Source of the DNA: Eledone cirrhosa
Taxonomy: Eukaryota
DNA: 64,000 nt
Direction: 5' to 3'
NCBI GenBank assembly: GCA_964016885.1
Contig: OZ024755.1
Span: 21,080,001 to 21,144,000, forward strand
The first letter of the stretch is position 1; every line of letters starts with the position of its first letter. Both the position numbers and the translations under genes were made by a program. The notes under the pieces are model-generated. The model made no database searches. It was given only the letters and a program-made list of their open reading frames with translations, and was not told the DNA's origin. Positions 27,271-40,055 of this stretch are shown here, piece after piece.

Positions 27271-28808
27271 TAGTAGTAGCTGTAATGGTGGTAGTAGCAG
27301 TGGTGGTGGTGGTGGTAGTGGCAGTGTTGGTGGTGGTAGTGGCAGTGTTGGTAGTGGTGGTGGTGGTGGTAGTGGCAGTGGTGGTGGTGGTGGTGGTGGT
27401 GGTGGTGGTAGTGGCAGTGTTGGTGGTGGTAGTGGCAGTGTTGGTAGTGGTGGTGGTGGTGGTAGTGGCAGTGGTGGTGGTGGTGGCAGTGTTGGTAGTG
27501 GTGGTGGTGGTGGTAGTGGCAGTGGTGGTGGTGGTGGTAGTGGTGGTGGTGGTGGTAGTGGCAGTGGTGGTAGTGGCAGTGTTGGTAGTGGTGGTGGTGG
27601 TGGTGGTGGTGGTGGTAGTGGCAGTGGTGGTGGTGGTAGTGGCAGTGTTGGTGGTGGTGGTGGTGGCAGTGTTGGTGGTGGTAGTGGCAGTGTTGGTAGT
27701 GGTGGTGGTGGTGGTAGTGGCAGTGGTGGTGGTGGTGGTAGTGGCAGTGGTGGTGGTGGTGGTGTTGGAAGTGGTGGTGGTGGCAGTGGTGGTGATGGTA
27801 GTGGCAGTGGTGGTGGTGGTAGTGGCAGTGTTGGTAGTGGTAGCAGTGGTGGTGGTGGTAGTGGCAGTGGTGGTGGTGGTAGTGGCAGTGGTGGTGGTGG
27901 TAGTGGCAGTGGTGGTGGTGGTAGTGGCAGTGTTAGTAGTGGTAGTGGTGGTGGTGGTGGTGGTGGTAGTGGCAGTGGTGGTGGTGGTAGTGGCAGTGTT
28001 TGTGGTGGTAGTGGCAGTGTTGGTGGTGGTAGTGGCAGTGTTAGTAGTGGTAGTGGTGGTGGTAGTGGCAGTGGTGGTGGTGGTAGTGGCAGTGTTGGTG
28101 GTGGTAGTGGCAGTGGTGGTAGTGGTAGTAGTGTTGATTGTGGGTGTAGTGGTGTTAGTGGTAGTGTTGGTAGTAGTGTTGGTAGCAGCGTTAGTGGTAG
28201 TGTTGGTAGCAGCGTTAGTGGTAGTGTTAGTAACAGCATTAGTGGTAGTGTTGGTAGCAGCGTTAGTGGTAGTGTTGGTAACAGCATTAGTAGTAGTATT
28301 GGTAGCAGCGTTAGTGGTAGTGTTGGTAGCAGCGTTAGTGGTAGTGTTGGTAGCAGCGTTAGTAGTAGTATTGGTAGCAGTGTTTGTGGTAGTATTGCAA
28401 ACTCCTTTCTTTTCCACATGTGGTTTTATTCCCATGGAAATATTTCTTCAGTCCAACATTGTAAAACACTCATCAAATATACAGTAGTCCAGCTGCTTAC
28501 TCCTCCCCATCCTCCCACCCCTTCTTCTTCTCCTCCCCATCCTCCCCCTTCTCCTCCTCTTCCTTTCTTACCTGGAAAGATGGAATAAAATCAAAAGAGA
28601 TTTTTCTTTTTCTTTATTTCTTTTGTTCTTTCTTTTTATTTATTTATTTATTATTAATTTATTATCGTCGTTGGCATAAGAAAGTGGGATCAAGTAGCTG
28701 GACTGATGGTGGTGGTGGTAGTTGTAGTATTAGTGGTGGTGGTGGTGGTGGTGGTGGTGGTGGTGGTGGTGGTGGTAGTAGTAGTAGTAGTGGTAGCACT
28801 AGCAGCAT

Positions 28809-28842
<34 letters not shown>

Positions 28843-28876
28843 GGTGATAGTGGTAGTAGTAGTAGCAGCAGCAGCT
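27271..28876. repeat. (GGT)n/(AGT)n low-complexity blocks
   Basis: Seen directly (27271-28395, 28706-28876). Confidence 0.95.
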
Positions 28877-29417
28877 AACTTGATTGTTTTTTTAAAGTTG
28901 TGCTGTGCACTGAGCTACTGTAAGTTGTTTGTCTTCATTGTTCTCAATCCACATCATGTAATGCCATATCTTCAATAATATCATCATATATGATGGAGAG
29001 AGAGATAGAGGTAAGAGAGAGTACGATAGAGGTAAGAGAGACAGAGAGAAGGAGAGAGGATAGAGTAAAGAAAATCTCTTTTCAACAAAAGCAACACTTT
29101 TTTAAAAACTTTCCCAGCCATTCACTTTGTTGCTGAATTCATCTTAAATTGATATCACTTGCTCTGGGCTCATTATTTAATTAATTAATCAATTTGTTGA
29201 GCCAGATCTACAGGTATCTTGCTATTCTATGTCACTAGCTGGTCGTTTTCCTTGTCCTTGAGAAGTTTTTGTCAAGAAAAATTTGAAATCAGCAATGTAT
29301 TTAACCCAAAACAATTCATTCTGACATGAGAATCTCATCCATGGGCTCCACCTCTCCTGTTACTTGGAGTAAGAAGTTCTCTGATTTTACCAGCACTGTT
29401 TTCACTGATCTGCACTT

Positions 29418-31355
29418 TAGGTGGCTGCCTTGATGGCTAAATGGTACAACCAGCCCTCCAGGTGGCTGCCTTGGTGGCTAAATGGTACAACCAGCCCTCC
29501 AGGTGGCTGCCTTGGTGGCTAAATGGTACAACCAGCCCTCTAGGTGGCTGCCTTGGTGGCTAAATGGTACAACCAGCCCTCTAGGTGGCTGCCTTGGTGG
29601 CTAAATGGTAGAACCAGCCCTCTAGGTGGCTGCCTTGGTGGCTAAATGGTACAACCAGCCCTCTAGGTGGCTAAATGGTACAACCAGCCCTCTAGGTGGC
29701 TGCCTTGATGGCTAAATGGTACAACCAGCCCTCTAGGTGGCTGCCTTGGTGGCTAAATGGTACAACCAGCCCTCTAGGTGGCTAAATGGTACAACCAGCC
29801 CTGTAGGTGGCTGCCTTGGTGGCTAAATGGTAGAACCAGCCCTCTAGGTGGCTGCCTTGATGGCTAAATGGTACAACCAGCCCTCTAGGTGGCTGCCTTG
29901 GTGGCTAAATGGTACAACCAGCCCTCTAGGTGGCTAAATGGTACAACCAGCCCTCTAGGTGGCTGCCTTGGTGGCTAAATGGTACAACCAGCCCTCTAGG
30001 TGGCTAAATGGTACAACCAGCCCTGTAGGTGGCTGCCTTGGTGGCTAAATGGTAGAACCAGCCCTCTAGGTGGCTGCCTTGATGGCTAAATGGTACAACC
30101 AGCCCTCTAGGTGGCTGCCTTGGTGGCTAAATGGTACAACCAGCCCTCTTGGTGGCTAAATGGTACAACCAGCCCTCTAGGTGGCTGCCTTGGTGGCTAA
30201 ATGGTACAACCAGCCCTCTAGGTGGCTGCCTTGGTGGCTAAATGGTACAACCAGCCCTCTAGGTGGCTGCCTTGGTGGCTAAATGGTAGAACCAGCCCTC
30301 CAGGTGGCTGCCTTGGTGGCTAAATGGTACAACCAGCCCTGTAGGTGGCTGCCTTGGTGGCTAAATGGTACAACCAGCCCTCCAGGTGGCTGCCTTGGTG
30401 GCCAAATGGTAGAACCAGCCCTCTAGGTGGCTGCCTTGGTGGCTAAATGGTAGAACCAGCCCTCTAGGTGGCTGCCTTGGTGGCTAAATGGTAGAACCAG
30501 CCCTCTAGGTGGCTGCCTTGGTGGCTAAATGGTACAACCAGCCCTCTAGGTGGCTAAATGGTACAACCAGCCCTCTAGGTGGCTGCCTTGGTGGCTAAAT
30601 GGTACAACCAGCCCTCTAGGTGGCTAAATGGTACAACCAGCCCTCTAGGTGGCTGCCTTGGTGGCTAAATGGTAGAACCAGCCCTCTAGCTGGCTGCCTT
30701 GGTGGCTAAATGGTACAACCAGCCCTCCAGGTGGCTGCCTTGGTGGCTAAATGGTACAACCAGCCCTCTAGGTGGCTAAATGGTACAACCAGCCCTGTAG
30801 GTGGCTGCCTTGGTGGCTAAATGGTAGAACCAGCCCTCCAGGTGGCTGCCTTGGTGGCTAAATGGTAGAACCAGCCCTCTTGGTGGCTGCCTTGGTGGCT
30901 AAATGGTACAACCAGCCCTCTAGGTGGCTAAATGGTAGAACCAGCCCTGTAGGTGGCTGCCTTGGTGGCCAAATGGTACAACCAGCCCTGTAGGTGCTGC
31001 CTTGGTGGCCAAATGGTAGAACCAGCCCTCTAGGCGGCTGCCTTGGTGGCTAAATGGTACAACCAGCCCTCGAGGTGGCTGCCTTGGTGGCTAAATGGTA
31101 CAACCAGCCCTCGAGGTGGCTGCCTTGGTGGCTAAATGGTACAACCAGCCCTCTAGGTGGTTACCTTGTTGGCCAAATTGTACTACCGGCCCTCTAGGTA
31201 GCCACCTTCTGGGCCAATTGGTACCACCAGCCCTCTAGAGGCTGCCTTGTTGACCAACTGGTACCACTGACCCGCAAAGTGCTTTGTTCGCCAAATTGTA
31301 CCACCGGATCTCTAGGTGTATGCCTTGTTGGCCAAAGATACCGGCCCTCCCTCTA
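29418..31355. repeat. 41-bp minisatellite (with 29-bp deletion variants), ~50 units, diverging at right edge
   Basis: Unit taggtggctgccttggtggctaaatggtacaaccagccctc. Variant lacks 12 bp between ggtggct direct repeats. Confidence 0.97.
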
Positions 31356-31589
31356 CTGGTTTTGCAATGAATATCTGTATCAGTTTCATGACTTATCTTC
31401 AGTTCTCATTAGTGTCTGCTTTCTACCATTTAACTTCATTCTTTATTCCAGTTGATAACAATGCTGATAATCCAATTGCCAAAGAATGTTTATCTGCAAT
31501 AATGATTATCTAAAAATATTTACTGATAAGCAAACAGTGATATTAACCCTGAGTATATTTTATACCAAGTTTATAATAAATACATTCAT

Positions 31590-31920
31590 TAGCATTCATT
31601 GTCATCATTTACCATCCATTTTCCCATTCTGTCATGGGTTATAATGGGTCAAGACAAAACAAGTCAAAGCTTTATAGGTGATAGCATCCTCTCAGATGAG
31701 CCAGGGGCCATTTCTTGCTTACATATGTTCTAATTTTGGCCAGGTTTTTACAGCTGGATGCCCTTCCTATTACCAACTATTTTAGAGTGTACTAGGTACA
31801 TTTTATCATGACACCAGCACTAAGGAGACAATCATGTCTTTGACAAAACTAAGAGTCCTCGTGGCCTTTTGCTTGGCAGGGTTTCTACAGCTAGATGCCC
31901 TTTCTTATTACCAACCCTAA
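31590..31920 (-). mobile_element. Decayed SINE B-like 3' remnants
   Basis: cagctggatgcccttccta..ccaac occurs twice, with a (CAT)n tail at left. Confidence 0.55.
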
Positions 31921-32900
31921 TCCTAACTGTAACCCTATCCTTACATATTGTAACAAGCAACTAAAAGGGTTGACTGACTTCAGGAAGGTCATCTAATCAT
32001 AAAACATTTATTCAAGAAGAACCCCACGAAGAAGCCATATGAAGCTTTCCATAGGACCCACAATGCTAACATCTCCTTTAGCAGGGATAACTGGCTTTAA
32101 AATATAATAAATAAGTAATTATATACATAAATAAAATACATAAATAAAATGAATAATAAATATATATATATATACGTAAATAAAATGAATAATAAATATA
32201 TATATATGCATAAATAAGATACATACATAAATAAAATAAATAAATAAATATGTATATACATAAATAAAATAAATAAAATAAATAAAATAAATAAAATAGA
32301 TTAATAAAAAATATATATATTTATACATAAATAAAATAAATATTAAAAGTAGTTAGTTTCAATAATATGCTAATATAGATCTTTACTAAAGCTTCTCTCA
32401 CATTCACTGCTATCATAGGAAAAATATGTAAAACTGTTTAAAAACAAAACAAAAAGGAAAGAAATGAAGAAATGAAGAAATAAATATTTAAAAAAAAACA
32501 AAATGATAGGAATATTATTTCACTATAGAAACAAATTGAAAGAGTTTCAGCAAAGGTTACTAATTGCATTACTAAAGAATTAATTTCTAGTTGTTGACCT
32601 GGGAAAGCAACAGACATTTCCATTTTGTACCCTCTACACATACACCCCCCCCCCCCCACTTTTCTAACTACTCTACCGTCTATCCCTTTGCCCTCTCTCT
32701 CTTCAAACCTTTTCCATCATGTAGTTTGAGTATGGGAGGTGGGGAATAGTACTGTTTGGGTGTGGGGGGGGGGGGGGGAATAAATGGATGTAGTGGTGGT
32801 GGTGATGATGATGGGGGGGATGCGATGGTGGTGGAGGTGGCGATGATGGTAAAGATGATGATAGCGATGATGTTGTCGATGGTGGGGTGGAAGTGATAAT

Positions 32901-33089
32901 TGTTTCTACTTTTGGCTACAAGGCCAGCAATTATCTCAGTACATTACTGGTACTTCACTTCATCGACCCCGTAAGGATGAAAGGCAAAGTTAACCTCGGC
33001 GGGATTTGAACTCAGAATGGCAAGGGCCGTAACTCTATGCGTCAAAGCGTGGCGTCCGACCCTCTACCGATACTGCCAATCCACCGCCC
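32901..33089 (-). mobile_element. SINE family A, full length, 18-bp TSD
   Basis: tggggtggaagtgataat at 32883-32900 and 33090-33107. Confidence 0.95.
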
Positions 33090-33404
33090 TGGGGTGGAAG
33101 TGATAATGATGGTAAATATGTTGTTGATGATGATGATGATGATGATGGGGTGGTGGTTGTGGTAGTAAAGGTGATGATGATAAATGATGTTGAGGTTGGG
33201 GTGGTGACTGTGGTGGTGAAGATGATGATGATGATAGTGAATGTAGTAGTGATGGTGGTAGTAGTGACAGTGATGAGATAATGATGATTATGGGGTGGAG
33301 GTAGTGGTGTGGGGTGGTAATGATGAGGGTGGCAGGGTGGAGTTGATGATGATAATGAGAGAATGAAGACTGTTATAAATATGATGATGATATAAAGATG
33401 GTAT

Positions 33405-34650
33405 CTATGATCATAACCATCATAACCATCATAGCCATCATGATCACCATCGTAACCATTATAGCCACCGTAGCCATCATCATAACCATTATAGCTATCA
33501 TAGCTATCATCATAACTAGCCATCATCATAACCATTATAACCATATTAGTCATCATGATCACCATCATAACTATTATAGCCATCGTCATAACTATCATAG
33601 CCATCATTATAACCATTATAACCATCATAGTCATCGTTATAAATATCATAGCCATTGTCATAACTATCATAGCCATCGTCATAACTATCATAGCCATCGT
33701 CATAACTATCATAGCCATCATGATAACCATCATAGCCATCGTCATAACTATCATAGCCATCATGATAACCATCATAGCCATCGTCATAACTATCATAGCC
33801 ATCATTATAACCATCATAGCCATCGTTATAAATATCATAGCCATTGTCATAACTATCATAGCCATCATTATAACCATCATAGCCATCGTCATAACTATCA
33901 TAGCCATCATTATAACCATCATAGCTATCGTCATAACTATCATAGCCATCGTCATAGCTATCATAGCCATCGTCATAACTATTATAACCATTATAAACAT
34001 CATAGCCATCGTTATAAATATCATAGCCATTGTCATAACTATCATAGCCATCATTATAACCATCATAGCCATCGTCATAACTATCATAGCCATCGTCATA
34101 ACTATCATAGCCATCGTCATAACTATCATAGCCATCGTTATAACAATCATAGCCATCGTCATAACTATCATAGCCATCGTCATAACTATCATAGCCATCG
34201 CCATAACTATCATAGCCATCATTATAACCATCACAGCCATCGTCATAACTATCATAGCCATCATTATAACCATCACAGCCATCGTCATAACTATCATAGC
34301 CATCGTCATAACTATCATAGCCATCATTATAACCATTATAACCATCATAGCCATCGTTATAAATATCATAGCCATCGTCATAACTATCATAGCCATTGTC
34401 ATAACTATCATAGCCATCATTATAACAATCATAGCCATCATCATAACTATCATAGCCATCGTCATAACTATCATAGCCATCATTATAACCATTATAAACA
34501 TCATAGCCATCGTTATAAATATCATAGCCATTGTCATAACTATCATAGCCATCATTATAACCATCATAGCCATCGTCATAACTATCATAGCCATCGACAT
34601 AACTATCATAGTCATCATCATCATCATCATAGCCACCATCATAACCAACA
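33405..34650. repeat. 21-bp minisatellite built from trinucleotides
   Basis: Unit catagccatcgtcataactat and variants. Confidence 0.95.
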
Positions 34651-36347
34651 TGAGCACCATTGCTATTGTCTCCTTTCTGTACTGGAGAAAAGTATATAAA
34701 TAAATAAAAAATATATAAAAATAAAAATTGCAAACACACATTTAAGACATGAAATATTTTGTTGTTTTTGTTGTTGTAGTTCATTATTGAGACTCAATAT
34801 CCCAATGTGACATCCTAATATTACCAATATATTCCTATCAGTTATCAATGAGACATACTAACATTTATAAATTTCTACGATTCTGTCACAACATGTATAG
34901 AGAGAGAAGTAGTTTGATTACCTCATACTACTTCTCTCTCCTCACGTCCTTTGCCTGCATGAATGTATGTGTGTGTAAAAGGAAGGAAGGGATGGTGAAA
35001 AAACTAGTGTATGTGTGTTTGTGTGAATGTATGTCTGTGAGTGTATTTTTGTAAATGTGTCTGTTTGTGCTTTTATATTTATATACTCATACATATAAAT
35101 GTATGCATATTCACATACACACATTCACACACATATACACATACGCATCAGCGTATGGAAGAAAAAGTGTAGTTATCAATATATCTCTATCAGTTATCAA
35201 TGAGATGCCCTAAACATTATCAATATATCTCCTTCAGTTTTTATTTTACATATTGGGAATTGTATTGCAGTTGCTATATACACTTGTAAGAAGAAATAGT
35301 TTTTGTTTTTATATCCTTCTTACGCCCCCTCACCCTCACATCCTATTCCCTAACTCAAAGGGGCCGACCTTGTCACATCCTATATCATGCTGAATCCTAT
35401 GTCCTGAGAATTAATAACATTAAAGGTATATGTGTCTGTGGAATATTCAACCACTTTGACATAAATACCATGAGCAGGCTGTTCTGTTGATAAAACAACT
35501 GGAAGACTCATCCTCAGAACCAATGGAGGGCCGGTCCATTATCTGTTATGCACCTCACTTTATCATAAATTCTTGTGAAGACTTCAAGCTGTTGGTGTGT
35601 TTGATCCCCCACTTTGTCATGAATTCTTGTGAAGACCTCAAGTTGTAGGTGTATTGGTGTGTTGATGTGTGTTTGAAGTTGTAAAGATGTTTGGTTGATG
35701 TCTATATTGAAAATATCATGTGTATGTGATGGCTTCAAGGTTTCTCTTGACATAATCCATCTATAGCAGCAGGATTCTCATTTGTTGGTGAGTGTAGTTT
35801 GTAATGAAGAGATTAGACATTATCTACAGGCAGAGGAGAGGAGAACTGCCATCATTTGTTATCTAGCATCATTCAGCCCAACAGTAAGAAGTTAATGACA
35901 TTTCAGTCATTACAACTATCCTTTTCATTTCCTTCTCAATTTCCATTCCTAAACATCATAGCTATCCTTCTGATCATCATGTTCATCACCATCATGATCA
36001 TCACCATCATCATCATCACCACTGACTCCACAACTACCACCACCACCATCATCATCAGTGCAGATTCATTATCTCTCTGTTGGTATGAATGGGAGGAGTC
36101 TGGTTCTCCTTGTCTTATTTCATATGTCAGATTAAACCTAAGATTTGTTACAGTTTTATTAAATAACTCTTCTTTTCGTTTATTGCTTATTTGCAAAGGT
36201 TAAATACTAAATATATCTTTTTCAATTGACTTTTGCTAAACAGTTGTACATATGTGTGGTAACAAGATATGATCTGGAACATATGTACACAGAGCTGTTG
36301 TTCTTTGGCTTCATACCCTTTCTTAACATCAATAAGATGACTGTAAA

Positions 36348-36620
36348 GGCGCATGGCCTAATGGGTAGGTGGCTTGCCATACAATCGTAAATTCATCGGT
36401 TCAGTTCCTGGACAGACTGCTGTGTTGTGTTCTTGAGCAAAACACTATATTTCACATTGCTCCTGCACTCTCAGCTGAGAGTGAGTACCAGCAGTTGTTG
36501 GGAAGTTAATCCTGTGATAGACCAGCATCCTAACCAGGGTGAGTCTTGCACTCTCAGTTGCTTAACGACAAGGAAACTAGGATAAGCACCAGCCCGATGA
36601 GCCTTCAGCTTAGAACAGAC
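36348..36620 (+). mobile_element. tRNA-derived SINE family C (CORE-like centre, different tail)
   Basis: ggcgcatggcctaatgg head, gtgttgtgttcttgagcaaaacact centre, tail ctcagttgctt..gaaactaggataagcaccagcccgatgagcc. Same family as 48150-48546. Confidence 0.75.
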
Positions 36621-36724
36621 AGATGAGTAGTGAGAGGTCATTTATTGTTTTTAGCCAGAGGAAAAATAATTTGGAGAGTTTTTAATTTGTTTCTGTATTA
36701 AGGTATATTTACTTGTTCTTTCAA

Positions 36725-37066
36725 CTAGTTCTGGAGCCATGATAAAATGCACTCAGTCCACTCTGTAAAGTTGTGCTGGTATCATGATAAAATACACCCA
36801 GTATACTCTGTAAAGTGGTAGTGCTGGTGCTATGATGATATACACCCATTCAACTCTGTAAAGTGGTAGTGCTGGTGCCATGATAAAACGCACCCAATAC
36901 ACCCCACTGAAAGGTGGTTGGTGTTGGGAAGGGCACCCAGTCATAGAAACCATGTTGAATATAGAACGGATGAAGGAAATGAGGTTGCTTTGATCTGTCG
37001 GGTCTCAACCAGTGAAAACTCAACCATCCCATTTCAGCGTGGATAAACAGATGTTTGATGTTAATG
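36725..37066 (+). mobile_element. Decayed SINE B-like 3' part with triplicated internal segment
   Basis: catgataaaa..cacccagt..actctgtaaagt repeated 3-4 times, then gaagggcacccag and tail. Confidence 0.6.
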
Positions 37067-37082
37067 AAAATACACACATATA

Positions 37083-37190
37083 TTAGGTTTGTTCCAAAAG
37101 TAAGGGTACTGATGTTGTATCTAAATGTATATTAGATGTACATGAAAGTACAAGAAATTACAAGTTATCTCCTTCAAAATACGACCCCTG
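37083..37190 (-). mobile_element. Mariner element 3' end fragment
   Basis: Minus strand caggggtcgtattttgaaggagataacttgtaa = QGSYFEGDNL* (mariner C-terminus), followed by TIR-like cccttacttttggaacaaaccta. Confidence 0.65.
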
Positions 37191-37514
37191 GTGATTCCAA
37201 CCGGTGTGCTGTGGATATTTTGTGGCACATTTATTTTTAACTACTTTTAATTCCATACAGAAAGTTTGAAAGATTTAAAAACTTTGAAATAAAAAAAAAC
37301 ATAACTGTTTATTTTAGTATGGTGCATCTTTTACTAAGAGCTTCATGATAGAATATCCCTAGCCCAACACCACCCAAAATAGAGGAAGGCTGACCAATAA
37401 AAGCTTCAATTCAACTCAATTTATTGTCTTTGTTTACAAATTTAGTGTCACAAGTAGAGAACTACTCTCAAATTCTACAATTTTACTGTTAACACTTTAA
37501 TAATGTCAGTATTA

Positions 37515-38955
37515 TCTATACATATGTATAAAACTGAAATTGTCTGTATGTATGTATGTGTGTGTGTGTTTGTCCTGATTTTTGCAAAATCTATACAAAT
37601 CCACATTTCTACTCCGATTGACTTCAAACTTGCATTTATATATTCCTTGCGGTCTAAAGATATTAACTGCAGCTTTTATTTTTTAATTTTCTGTTGTTAA
37701 AGGGGTGTTAGGCGCCGGTTATCAATCTCTCTGTGTTTCTTAGTCTGTCTTTTTAGATAGATACATAACTATAACATTGCGCCCTTATAATATCTGTATG
37801 TATGTCTGGCTGTCTGCATTACAACATTATGACAAATATTGTTCTCATTGATGACATATTTTCTTCGCTATTTTCCGTTCATTGCCAGGGAACGTCTTCA
37901 TGAACCAAAGTATCGTCTTCCTGTTTTCCTTCGGTTGCAACGTTTTTCGAAATATTTACTTCTGCGTTCACAGATTGATTTTTTTTAGTTTCAGAAGATC
38001 CCGTTAAGGGTGAAAGCACACGCTGTAAGCAATGTCAATGTTACTGCTGCTACATAGGACTCCCATTACCACTGAACTTTCACCTTTGCGTTCTGCATTT
38101 CCATCCGCAGGCCAACATGGAATGGTCTTCATAGTAGTCAGTTTATTGAGGGAGAAATAGAAGGGTCTCGAATTTGCCGTCCAAAAAACCCATTGACAAT
38201 AACGAAAACCACTAACATCAATGCAGAATGATACATTGTAGGTCACTTTAACCCGTCTTTTATTAATCAAAAAACTTCTTGCCAATAAACATTAACCCTT
38301 TGTGCACCATTCATCTAACTGTAGACCAACAAATACCAACTAGCTGAAGCATTGACAAGAAGAACAATGGTGAATGAATCTTCGAGGTAAGCAGTTTCCT
38401 CCCGAGCTGTTAGTTCACGCGGGATTCTCTGATACACCTTTTCATAATACCGAACAACGTACTGCTGGTCACTTCTTCCTCCAAAAGCCGTACAAAGCGG
38501 ACATGTGCATCGGGCAGATGGATCGTGTGCAAATCTACACCAGGCCTATGCGAGAAATTCGCAAGGGACTGCACCGAGAGGGATAGAGAGAAAGAGTAAC
38601 TTAGTGGAAAGAGTGCGAATGAACTTTTGAAGTAAGTAGCCTACACCTTACTGCTATGACACTGGAACCTTCTGCCAACTTAACCTGTGACTTTCTCTTT
38701 CACATTTACTCCAATAGGCCAAAACAGAGTGGAAACACCGGGGGACAACTGTCACAGAAGGAGTATGCAAAGAAGGGGCTCAACAATATTTTTATGAACA
38801 ATCACGTACACAGCTAAACTTCTTAATTTTCTCCAAATAAATATCCCGTCGGTATATTTTCGTGAGTTTTTAACAGGCACTCACAAATAAACGTTTCTCA
38901 TTGGAGGTGCTATTACCAATGTTCTTACCCGTGCAATGGCAGGATACACTGCTAG
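37515..38955 (+). mobile_element. Non-autonomous Helitron (copy 2) carrying ~0.9 kb unique cargo
   Basis: A|TC 5' start. 3' cccgtgcaatggcagg decayed hairpin + CTAG|T. 37710-38020 is shared with the other two Helitrons. Confidence 0.8.
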
Positions 38956-39443
38956 TCAATGTATATAAATACCTATAGAAATGTAATAAACTGTCAAGAA
39001 AAGTTTTATGGCATGTCTAGTATATATATATTGTTATTTATTAACTCTTAACTTACTTTATGACATGAAAACACATTAGCAATTCTTGAAAAGTACAAAA
39101 CAGTGCTATGACTGTGTCTTGTTAAAAATTATACTTTTACTATTGTAAAATTTCACAATGAACTGTCTATCAGTAAAGATACTATAAGCATTTGAATTAA
39201 CAATCCCAGTTTTTAAAGGAGGCTCATGGACTAGGTATAAGTGTGTTGGTTTTAGGGTTTGTGTTCCATGTATGTCAATGCTCATCCTTTTTTCCATTCA
39301 GAGAGTTTTTAAAATCCAAACTAATAGACTAATTTATTTAGTTAAATACGGTGAAGCACATGCTACTAGGTATTTTTCAAATCTTCGCTGTTTATAAACA
39401 AAGCCTACTTTGTATCTTTATATATATATGTATATATATATTT

Positions 39444-39775
39444 ATAATAATAATGAAAATATTGTGTACAGTGCTCAGGTGCACTACAACTCATCAAAAG
39501 TGTATGTATAGTACATAGGGTAATGTACAAACGTCAGGAAAATGAACAGTGAATGAGTCATGATATACATATGTGTGCATGTGTATGGAAGGGGGACATC
39601 AGGTGTAGTTTTGGTGAATTTTGGGAAGCATGAGGGTTTTAAAGGATGCAGTGTCTCAGCAGCTAACAACTGATGCAGGTAGTTTGTTCCATGCTTCAGC
39701 AACTCTAAGCATGAAAAAATGTTTCCGAAAGTCATAGGAGCTGTGCTGTTTTCTGACTTTGTAGGCATGTCCACA
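39444..39775 (-). pseudogene. CR1-clade LINE 3' end
   Basis: Minus frame GHAYKVRKQHSSYDFRKHFFMLRVAEAWNKLPASVVSC*DTASFK (CR1 ORF2 C-terminus). 3' hairpin agtgcacctgagcact and (ATT)n tail. Confidence 0.85.
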
Positions 39776-39964
39776 TGAAAATGTCGAAACGGCTTGAGCT
39801 CTGCCATCGGGGTTAAACATTTTCATATTACCCACTCTACTACCCTAAGTATTGAGTACTCTGGTGCGTTATGGTCCATCTAGTTCCTTACCACACTTCT
39901 TTCGTTATATATATATAACATAAGAAACGGAGAATCAGTGGTACGACGAATAAAATTTATTAGG

Positions 39965-40055
39965 CATATTACAATTGTTTCTCTGGCGACCAGCTTGAGG
40001 CACGATCGATACAATGATTGAACCTGACTCTGAAATCGCAAGATCCTCAGATACG
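39965..40055 (-). ncRNA. Type-I hammerhead ribozyme motif (Penelope/retrozyme-like)
   Basis: Minus strand cgtat-CTGAGGA-tcttgcgat...gtcgccaga-GAAA-caattg-TA-atatg. 5-bp stem I, 9-bp stem II with 1 mismatch, palindromic stem III ACAATTGT, followed by AATAAA. Confidence 0.8.

Noticed and set aside
31910-31942. Telomere-like aaccctaatcctaactgtaacccta
   Set aside because: Only ~4 degenerate units; not a credible interstitial telomere array.
33035-34784. GYD-rich 412-aa ORF resembling a shell/beak matrix protein
   Set aside because: 21-bp trinucleotide-derived minisatellite with four overlapping open frames. Cannot be supported as coding without expression data.
35530-35860. Possible LINE endonuclease remnant on the minus strand
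   Set aside because: Only faint motif resemblance with many stops; not supportable.
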